From the human T2T-CHM13v2.0 reference genome, Homo sapiens: a DNA stretch of 64,000 nt. How positions within the stretch are numbered: the first letter of the stretch is position 1; each line of letters starts with the position of its first letter. The translations under genes and the position numbers were made by a program. Positions 53,095 to 64,000 of this stretch are shown here, piece after piece. Under the pieces are notes generated by a model. That model was given only the letters and a program-made list of their open reading frames with translations, was not told the DNA's origin and searched no databases. Location: NCBI RefSeq assembly GCF_009914755.1, contig NC_060926.1. One strand, written 5' to 3'.

Positions 53095-55850
53095 ATTTGT
53101 GACAACCAATCCCACAAAAATACGAAAGATACTTGCAGACTACTATAAATATCTCTGTGCACACCAACTAGAAAGTCTAGAGGAAATGAATAAACTCTTA
53201 GAAATATACAACCTCCCAAGATTGAATCAGGAATAAACAGAAGTCTTGAAGAAACCAAAAATGTGTAAGCAAATTGAATTGGTGATAAAAAAAATCTACC
53301 AATTATAAAAAGTGCTAAACGAGATGCATTCACAGCATGATTTTATCACATATACAAAAATGAGTTGGCTGTATTTCTACAGAAAGTATTCCAAAAAATC
53401 AAAGTGGGACTCCTTCCTAATTAATTCTATCATATAATATCAGTCTCATCTTGATATATTAATCAGGTAAAGACACAACAAAAAAAATTACAGGCCAATA
53501 TCCCTGATGAATACAGACACAAACATTATTCATGAAATGCTTGCAAACTGAGTCAGGAAATCAAAGTTATTTCACTGCAACTATGTGGACATTATTCTGT
53601 GAATGCAGGAATGTTTTAACATGTGCAATCTATAAATGTGATTCAACATATAAAAATAATTAAAAAACAAAACCACATTACCTCAACAGATGTGGAAATA
53701 GCAATTAATAAAATGTAATATCTATTTATGAAAAAAATTCTCAAAAAACTAGGCATTGAAGGAACATACCTCAAAATAACAACAGCCATATAAGACAAAT
53801 CCTCAGCCAACATCATACTGAACAGGTGAAAGATTAATGCATCCTTCCTAAAAATTGAAATAAGAAAAGAATATGCACTTTTACCACTCCTATTCAACAT
53901 AGTTCTGAAAGTTTTAGCCAGAACAATCAGGCAAGATAAAGAAAGAAAAAGCACTCAAATAAGAAAAGAGGAAATCAACTTATCTGTCTTTACTGATGAT
54001 ATAATTTTCTACCTACTTCAAAGACTCCTCCAAAAGACTCCTAAGCCTAATAAAAGACTTCAGCCAAATATCAGCAACAACAACAAAAAGCAAAACAACA
54101 TTCAAAAATGAGGAACATTTCTATACACCAGTAACACTTAAGCAGAGCAAAATTAAGAACACAATCCAGTTTACAATAGCCAGAAACAAAAAATAAAATA
54201 GTGATCCATTAAACAAAGGAGGTTAAATATCTCTACTAGAAGAACTGCAAACCACTACTGAAAGAAATCAGACACAGTGCAAATAAATGGAATAGTATTT
54301 CATGCTAATGGATTAGAAGTATTAAAAAGTTCATACTGCCCAAAGCAATTGACAGTTTATTTCTATTTCTATTACTCTACCAATGCCATTTTTTATAAAA
54401 TTAGACAAAAAAACTATTCTAAAATTTATATGAAAACAAAAAAGCTCAAATAGCCAAGGCTATACTAAATAAAAAGAATAAACCTGGAGACATTATGTTA
54501 CCAAACTTCAAACTTTACCACAAGCTACGGTAACCAATATAATATGAATGCAGATACACACACACACACATACACCCCTATTGAACAGAAGAGAGAGCCC
54601 TGAAATGAAGCTGAACTCTTACAATTAATTGATTTTTGACAGCATCAACAGAAACAAATGGAAAGAACTCCCTACCCAATAAAAGGTGCTGGAAAAACTG
54701 GTTAGTCATATGCAGAAGAGGAAAACTCGACCGCTACTTCTCATGATATAGAAAATTAACTCAAGATACATTAAAGACTTATCTGTAAGAGTTCAACCTA
54801 TAAAAATCCTAGAAGAACACCTAGAAAATTCTCTCCTTGGCATTGGTCTCTGTAAAGAATTAATGACTACATCCTCAAAAGTGAAAGCAACAAAAATAAA
54901 AATTAAAAATTGTGACCTGCACAGCAAGAGAAACTATTAACAAAATAGACAACCTATAGTATGGGCTAAAATATGTGTAAACTGCATACAATAAATAACT
55001 AATATATATGTTTTATAAGGAATTTAAGAAAAAATGTTGACAAAAAATGTGAACATATACTTTTAAAAGAAAGACAAAAAAAGCAGCCAACAAACATGAA
55101 AAATTGATCAACATTTCTAATTAGAGAGATGTAAATCCAAACCACAATGTGATACCATTTCACCCCAGTCTAAATGGCTATTATGAAAAAGTAAAAAAAA
55201 AAAAAAACAGATGTTAAAATTGTGTAGAAAAGAGAACCCTGATATACTCTTAGTGGGAATGCAAATTAGTTCAGCTCCTGTAGAATGCATTTTGGGGATT
55301 TCTCAAAGGACTAAAACTAAAGTTACCATTTGACACAGCAGCCTCACTACTGGGCATATACCCAAATACAAATGAATTACACCTGCACTCGTATGTTTAT
55401 TGCAGCACTAGTCACACTAGCAAAGACATGGAACGAAACCATGTGCTCATAAATTTTAAGATGGATTTTAAAAATTATGTAATTACACACCATCCAATAC
55501 TATGCAGCCACTGAAGAAGAATCATGTAATACTCTTTGCAGCAACATGGATGCAGCTCAAGGTCATGATCCTAAGCAAATTGATGCAGAACAGAAAACCA
55601 AATACTACATTTTCTCACTTATAAGTGGAAGCTAAACATTGGGTTCACATGGAAGCAAAGATGAGAACAATAAACACTAAGGATTCCAAAATGGAGGGAG
55701 AAAGGGTACAAGTGTTTAAAAGTACTGTCATGTATCATGTACGCTACTTGGGCAATGGGATTATTAATTGCCCAAACCTCAACATCATGCAGTATACCTA
55801 TGTTACAAATCTGCACGTGTATCCTTGAATCCAAAATAAAAATAATAAAA
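53095..55850 (+). mobile_element. 5'-truncated older primate L1 (L1PA13-16-like)
   Basis: Sense ORF2 sequence (tacaggccaatatccctgatgaa, actgatgatataatt) and a 3'UTR ending ...gtatccttgaatccaaaataaaaat. Confidence 0.88.
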
Positions 55851-56052
55851 TACTTTGTGATATAATGCCATGTTAGATTTCTCCAGTTTTGTTTAATGGT
55901 TGGAATTAAGGGTGGAAGACATAGAATTTTGTCCCCTTTAGACATAGGGGTGAATGTTTCTATAACAGGTCTCCTGACATCCTATAAGCTATTTTCTCCG
56001 AAAGCTCTTGGCCTTAGTCTTGAGTGTGCAGCTAAAATAAATGACTGTACAT

Positions 56053-56251
56053 CAAGCTTGTCCAACTCATGGCCTACAGGCTTCATGTGGCCCAGTATGG
56101 CTTTCAGTGCAGCCCTAAACAAATTCATAAACTTTCTAAAGGCATTATGAGTTTTTTGTGATTTTTTTTATCATCATTGGTGTATTTTATGTATGGCTCA
56201 AGACAATTCTTCTAGTGTGTCCTAGAGAAGCCAGAAGATTGGACACCCCTG
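56053..56251 (-). mobile_element. MER30 hAT DNA transposon fossil
   Basis: Terminal inverted repeats caagcttgtccaa / ttggacacccctg. Confidence 0.85.
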
Positions 56252-57269
56252 CTTTAATTTTTATTTTTCATCTATTTACAGTATGCTAGATGATAATGTT
56301 AACTTATTACTCTTTGGGAAACAAAGATGGTCAGTGGTTTAGTTTTTTTAGAACCATTTTTGAAAATATGAAGCTATGGTAATCATACCTAAGTGACATA
56401 ATTAGGAAATAAAATTTCTAGAAAAAGCATGAAAGCCTTGTGGTTAAAGTTCAAGAACAATGAAATGGGAGTATTGGTTATTTAAGACAGCAGTCCTTCC
56501 AAGGCAATCATTTCATCACAACCATTTTGGTGACAAAGAATAATGTGTCAGAAGGAATTTTTAGAATAATTTTCTGATTATATTGCAGTGTTAAATTTTT
56601 ATTTGTATTATCTGTCATATATAAGTCTGTAAATCAAAAAGAAGATGGCATGACTTTCAGATGAATCTTTTCACACATATATTCTCTGTAGAAGGGCACT
56701 GGTGTGTTTTTCAAAAGGGTTAGCATTGCTGGCTTTTATTGTGCTGCTATGTTTGTGTGCTAAATGAAGGCAGAAAGTGAAGCAGAGTCAACCAGGACGT
56801 TTCTAGTTTCTACATCCACATCATCTGAAATCTAGTGTTATGTCAACTAGAAATAATCCTGGGGCTAAGTATTCTAAAACGGAAAAAAAAATGCATTGAT
56901 AAATATAGTTTTAGTTTATTTTTATAGTTTATAAAAATTTATTGTTTCTGACTTATTACAAGTTAAAACAATTTGAACATGCAGATAACTAAAAGTTCCA
57001 TCTAGATGAAGGTATTAATATTTAATAACTTATGATTGTGAGCCACAATTGCCCCATTTGGCTTACTGAAAAGCAGTATTTTAAATGGAGAATAGAATTT
57101 CCATAATTCCAAGCATACAGATCTTTTAAGATAAGCACTATGCTTAGATTTGAATAGATTGTGTTTGTAGTAACAGAAACTTTAATATTTTTTCTAATAG
57201 GAGCAAAAAAGCAATAAAAATAGGTAGTTAAAATTAGTTCAAAAGAAACTTCACATGTGGTCATTAAAG

Positions 57270-57443
57270 GAGTAGCTGGGGTTACAGGCATGTGCCACCA
57301 TGCCCAGCTAATTTTGTATTTTTAGTAGAGATGGGGTTTCACCAGGTTCATCAGGCTGATCTCGAATGCCTGACTTCAGGTGATCCCCCCACCTCGGCCT
57401 CTCAAAGTGCTGGGATTACAGGTGTGAGACAACATGCGTGGCC
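57270..57443 (-). mobile_element. Partial Alu (S)
   Basis: Left arm plus part of the right arm, antisense. Confidence 0.88.
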
Positions 57444-58769
57444 GGAAAAAGTATTCTTATGTTACTATTTCTGAAACTTTCAGAAACTTTAGTTGACTCA
57501 GTGGATGATGATGTACATGCAGACCACAAATTATAAATAAAATAATAGGCTCCTTTTAGCTTTTAACATTAAAACTAAATATATGTCAAAAGTAAAATTA
57601 GTGGCTCTTTTAAGTCATGAGAAGAATGTCAGTGTTAGAAAGCCTTTACCAAAATATTTGTGTTAGGCTTAGTAATGAGTGCTTTGCACCAAAAATTAAG
57701 TTCATTTGTTTTTATATGTGTCTTTTTTCTTTTTTTGTTATTTCTAGAAGTATTTTAATTTTAAAATGTACAACTATGACTGTGTTAAATGCCTTCATTT
57801 CTATGCCTTTTTGTTAATATTTTGCCTGACTGAAAAGATGAGTTTTTAAAAAAATTTTCTTGAATCAAGACCATTAATCAACATAGAGACAAAATAGTAA
57901 TGAAAATCGACCTTGATTAGTAAAACAATTATCTAGCTCCTAGTAATCCTTACCTGTCGCACTCAACATAAAGTCTACATCTTTGCATCTCTCTTAGTTA
58001 TAAGGAAGTGGCGTTTGATCAAATTGGTCAGCACAATATTGGGTAAAATGTAACTATGTTTTGGTCTGACAGTTGAACTGATTTATTACCAAACAAGTTG
58101 ATATTTTTAGTATGTGATATTTTACTATTTTCTATTTATTTAGGGAAACTAAACTGACAAAGCATGAAATTAAATTTTTATTTCAAATGGAAAATGCTTA
58201 AACATGTTTTATCATAACTAAAGCTAAAAATATTTTTGGATTTTTAAATTAAAGAACATCTCAAGTACTTCAAGTTACCTTCCCCTGACAGTAGATTATA
58301 TTTTACTTTATTGCTAAAATTGAGTTTGGCTGTCTTTTTTGGCTGTATTCATCATTTTCATTCTATTTTTTGTGCACTATTTGCATCATGCATTTCACAT
58401 TTTAATAGTTGTAGTTCATGTGATGTGATTTTCAAACAATTGTCCTATTTACATGGCAAGCCATCTGCTTAATCAGCAGTCACTTTATTTTCAGTCGTCT
58501 TTTCAAAGCCACTTTGCCTGAAAAGCAAAGAGACAATTCAATCCAGTGTGCCAAGCTGGTCCCCTCCAGTGACCATCTATTCAAATTCACACAGGCGATC
58601 TCTGGTGAAGGAAGGAAGGTGCACTTCAACAGCATTTTCACAGCAATGTGGAACACATATTATAACATACAAGACGAAACATTGCCTTCAAGGAAAAATA
58701 GTTGATTTTTCTTATTCTGTGTACATGAGTATCTGATGGTTGTAAGGTTGAGAATAAAGAGTAAAGTTG

Positions 58770-59101
<332 letters not shown>

Positions 59102-59900
59102 TTAGTAGTACCTTCTTGTCTAACACATCCTGAATGGTTTTGTCAAGTGTTAGGTTGCTATATCCATCATTTGTTAGACTCTGATAATCATTTTCTATCT
59201 TACCAGTGTAATTATGCAATTGACATCATCTGGAGTTGATGTCTTTGATTCTTAGGTTCTCAGACATAAAACTATTAAATTATTATTGATAAAAATATTA
59301 GGTTTTATTTGCCTGTTTGTTTTACTACAGAACATTTGATGCCAGTAAGCTTAAGTCCCTTGAACCTTTCAAAAAAATGCTTTAGCTTTTCCTGTTTGGA
59401 AAGTCAAATTTGGTCAAAAGTAAATATAACAACAAACTTGAATATAAATTATTTTTTAATTGAATCCAAAAAATTGAATAAAACAATACATTTGATATTT
59501 ACTTGAGTATATGTCAGAAATTTTCAAAAAATTCAAATAGATACAAATTTGTGACTGAGCTGAAACTTGAAAAATATACCTGCTTTCATGACAAATCATT
59601 TTATGATCACATTAATTTTCAATTTAGCCATGTTTTATAGTAGACTTCAGTAAAAGTCAGCTGTGGTCCAAATGTAAATACTGACATATTAGAGAATAAA
59701 ATGTTGGTGATAAAGAATATAAAACAAAGCATAAAAGTACTTGCCTTGATTTATTCCCAACCACCAACTCTGAGACCAAGATTTAACTGTTATATCAACA
59801 TTGTCCACAGTGGAAAAACCAGAATTTTAAAATCAAACACATCTGAGCTTGATTTGGGACATTAGCTGTGTGTCCAGGGTAAATTATTCCACAAGCTTGA

Positions 59901-60200
<300 letters not shown>

Positions 60201-60398
60201 TAATCTTTATTATTAATAGAATTACTATTTCTTCCAGGGCTATTTTAATTCATACATTGTAGCTATAAGTATTTTTCATTAAAAGTCTTGTCTAAATATG
60301 GTAAATATTTGAAAATAAGATTATCATTTAAAAATATTTTATTGTAATTGTATATGTTCTGTTATATTTAATGTATTTTTAAATGCTAATTTTTTATT

Positions 60399-61466
60399 TG
60401 TTGAGGGATGTCAGGGACCCCAAACGGAGGGACTGGCTGAAGCCATGGCAGAAGAATGTGGATTGTGAAGATTTCATGGACATGTATTAGTTCCCCGAAT
60501 TAATACTTTTATAATTTCCTATGCCTGTCTTTACTGCAATCTTTAAACACAAATTGTGAAGATTTCATGGACACTTATCAATTCCCCAGTCAATACCCTT
60601 GTGATTTCCTATGTCTGTCTTTACTTTAATCTCTTAATCCTGTCAGCTGAGGAGGATGTATGTCACCTCAGGACCCTGTGATAATTGCATTAACTGCACA
60701 GATTGCAGAGCATGTGTGTTTGAACAATATGAAATCTGGGCTCCTTGAAAAAAGAACAGGATAACAGCAGTTGTTTAGGGAATAAGAGAGATAACCTTAA
60801 ATTCTGACCACTGGTGAGCTGGGGAGAACAGAGCCATATTTCTCTTCTTTCAAAAGCAAATGGGAGAAATATCACTGAATTCTTTTTCTCAGCAAGGAAC
60901 ATCCCTGAGAAAGAGAATGCACCCCTGAGGGTGGGCCTATAAATGGCCTCTTTGGGTGTGGCCATCTTCTATGGTCAAAACTGTAGGGATGAAATAAACC
61001 CCAGTCTCCTGTAGTGTTCCCAGGCTTGTTAGGGAGATGAAATTCCTGCCTAATAAGTTTTGGTCAGACCGGTTGCCCTCAAACCCTGTCTCCTGATAAG
61101 ATGTTATCAGTAACAATGGTGCCCGAAACTACATTAGCAATTTTAATTTTGCCCCGGTCCTGTGGTCCTGTGATCTTGCCCTGTCTCCGTTTGCCTTGTG
61201 ATATTCTATTACCTTGTGAAGTACGTGATCTTTGTGACCCACACCCTATTCGTACACTCCCTCCCCTTTTGAAAGTCCCTAATAAAAACTTGCTGGTTTT
61301 GTGGCTTGGGGGGCATCACGGAACCTACCGACATGTGATGTCTCCCCTGGATGCCCAGCTTTAAAATTTCTCTCTTTTGTACTCTCTCCCTTTATTTCTC
61401 AAACCGGCTGACACTTAGGGAAAATAGAAAACAGCCTACATGACTATCGGGGCAGGTTCCCCCATA
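60399..61466 (+). mobile_element. MER11 solo LTR (ERVK/HML-8)
   Basis: tgttgagggatgtcagggaccccaaacggaggga... to ...ggcaggttcccccata; 6-bp target-site duplication tttatt at 60393-60398 and 61467-61472. Confidence 0.93.
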
Positions 61467-62035
61467 TTTATTGGCATAATAGACTAAGGGTTTCTGTATT
61501 GTGACTTTGGTAATTTTTACAAATGGTTTTTGCCTGGTACTGTTGAAGTTAGGCTGAATTTTGAACCAGTAGATTTTTTGTTTACCTTATGTGGTTTTGG
61601 GTTCATTTGTTCTATAGGTATAATGTATATCCTTTTGGGGGTAATTTGGCTTTATTTCTGCTTTTTTATTTTTACATCTGGGACTGGAGAAATTGCTAGA
61701 ATTTCAATAAGGTTGATTTGAAATCAGGCAATAGAAAATCCCAGAAAAGACTGAAGGTTGTATGTACTGGATAATGCCTTTAGGTGAGGCTTATACATAA
61801 AACACAATTCAGTAAAATTTATATAATCATTACAAGTTTGTTAAATTTGAGAACAAAATGCCTATGACATATTAGGCACTTGTCTTAGTTTGTCTTTGAC
61901 ATCCCTATCTTGGAGAAGCTGATATTACATGAAAGGATATTACTAATATAATATAATAAGAAGTGGAACAAATACTTATATGCTAGAAACATTCTCCTTA
62001 ATAACCCTTAAATATGTTTTATTCTGGCTCAATTC

Positions 62036-62335
<300 letters not shown>

Positions 62336-63589
62336 CTCAATTCTTTTGGCACAAATATTTTTTGTCCCACAGGCTTCTTCCCACCAAATTTAAGCCATGG
62401 TGTTTTCAAGTTTGTATTTTTAGTTTTATTTGCTTGTTTTGTTTTTTACTTTTTTGGAAAGGGGAGTGTGGGCTTACCTCTGTGAAATGAGATCAGTCTA
62501 TTTGTAGTTTTACCTAGTAAGCTTCATAGTTGACATCATTATATTGAGTTTCCCTAGGCCACCCTGAGCTTCAGAGCTGACCATCCTATCTCATTCCTCT
62601 TGGTTTTTCAGGCTCTGATGTTAAGTCCCTCCCACTTCAAATTTGAGCTTTCATAATGCCTCAGTTCGAAAGAAGCAGAAGAAAGTGTTGCCATATTTAT
62701 CTGGGTGAGGATCAAGACTTTACATCCATCATTCATAGTACAAAGCAACACTTTAAATAATGTGGACATGTTTCACTCAAATTAAATATAAGCAGTTTTA
62801 GCAACATGCCAATATAGTCAAAATAAATAACTATCAAGTTAACCAAAATGTTCTGCTTTAGATTTTCCCAGCACAAAGATCAATATGTATGCATTGGTGG
62901 ATGTTAGGGTTTTTTTGGTGTAGGTTTTTGTTTGTTTCTTTGTTTTTATTTTTTACAGATTTTCATCCTACTTTACACTGATGTAAATCTAACTACCCAA
63001 GGCTTACCAGAAGCTTTATTTTACATTATTTCTACCAAAAATTCATATCCTCAAATATTAAAAGTGGCATTCTGTATTACCATTTTTCAAGTAATGTAGT
63101 CTGCATTTATTAGTACATTTCAATATATGTTTTTTACATGGGGTAAGGTTATAAAAATGCCATGCAGTTGATTTTCTAGGTAACAATGGAATCTGTTTTC
63201 TCAAACAGTAGCATGAGAATTCTTGACATAACACCTTCAGAGGTACTGAAAACAACTACATAATTTTGCTGAAATTTGGATTTTTTCATAATTTCTTCAG
63301 AGGCTGAGTCATGGCAACATATGACAGCTGAATTTATTCTTCTTGTCTAAATGTTGTGGAGCCACATCCACCTGTGCAAATAACACTAACTGGGTAAAAT
63401 ATTTTTTATACTAAGCCAGAAATCATTATACCTGGTGGTTTTATTTTAAATATATGAACAGTATTCTATAACATTCAAATAAGTAATAGAAATTTAATTC
63501 TATATATATGGAAAGAAAATTTATACAGGCACACTGAGAATAAATTGGAATCTGGAACTGAACGCTGATTAGCATGGCCTACAAAATCA

Positions 63590-64000
63590 TAAGCAAGTTA
63601 ATTACTTCTAAGATACAATGAGGGTACAGGCATTGGATGAGGATGCTCCTTTTCCAAATAGGAGAATTGGACAAAACAAAGGGGCTAAAGGCCCCATGCA
63701 AGTCTGGAATCCAGCAGGGTAGTCATTGAATTTTAAAGCTCCAAAATAATCTCCTTTGACTCTATGTCTCACATTCAGGTCACACTGGTGCAAGAAGTAG
63801 GCTCCCATAGTCTTGGGCAGTTCTGCCCCTGTGCCTTTGCAGGGTACAGCCCCATTCCAAGCTGCTTTCATGGGCTGGCGTTGAATGTCTGCAGCTTTTC
63901 CAGATGTACAGTGCAAGCTGTTGGTTAATCTGCCATTCTGGGATCTGGAGAACAGTGGCTCTCTTCTCACAGCTCCACTAGGCAGTGTCCCATTGGGGAC
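63590..64000 (-). mobile_element. MaLR internal sequence (MST/THE1-int), runs off the window
   Basis: ggccccatgcaagtctggaatccagcaggg...aaagctccaaaataatctcctttgactc...ggctctcttctcacagctccactaggcagtg. Confidence 0.88.

Noticed and set aside
58514-58736. ORFs 58514-58705 and 58548-58736 as genes
   Set aside because: Both have non-ATG starts and no recognisable homology; the third frame fits the phases of the neighbouring exons better
60460-60640. Internal direct repeats (attgtgaagatttcatggaca; tttcctatg.ctgtctttact)
   Set aside because: These are a known part of the MER11 consensus

Overview
Human/great-ape genomic DNA resembling a pericentromeric or acrocentric segmental-duplication mosaic. 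No intact protein-coding gene was found. From left to right: old LTR/L1 fragments (1-4.4 kb); a full-length but disrupted L1PA3/PA4-type LINE-1 on the minus strand (4.46-10.62 kb); a ~9.9 kb block of 48-bp CER satellite ending in a short fold-back inversion fused to a 5'-truncated L1 tail (10.64-20.73 kb); a ZNF91-type KRAB zinc-finger pseudogene on the plus strand with no visible first exon (KRAB-A 28.9 kb, KRAB-B 29.5 kb, zinc-finger exon 43.9-46.9 kb), its introns full of Alu/L1/LTR; two old divergent L1s (50.6-55.9 kb); and a mostly unique stretch (56-63.4 kb). That last stretch appears to hide a decayed multi-exon gene whose stop codons are almost all TGA (probable CGA decay), interrupted by a MER11 LTR and Alus. 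Most ORFs in the supplied track are repeat artefacts. Repeat subfamily names come from recognition of consensus sequences, and the boundaries of old repeats are approximate.
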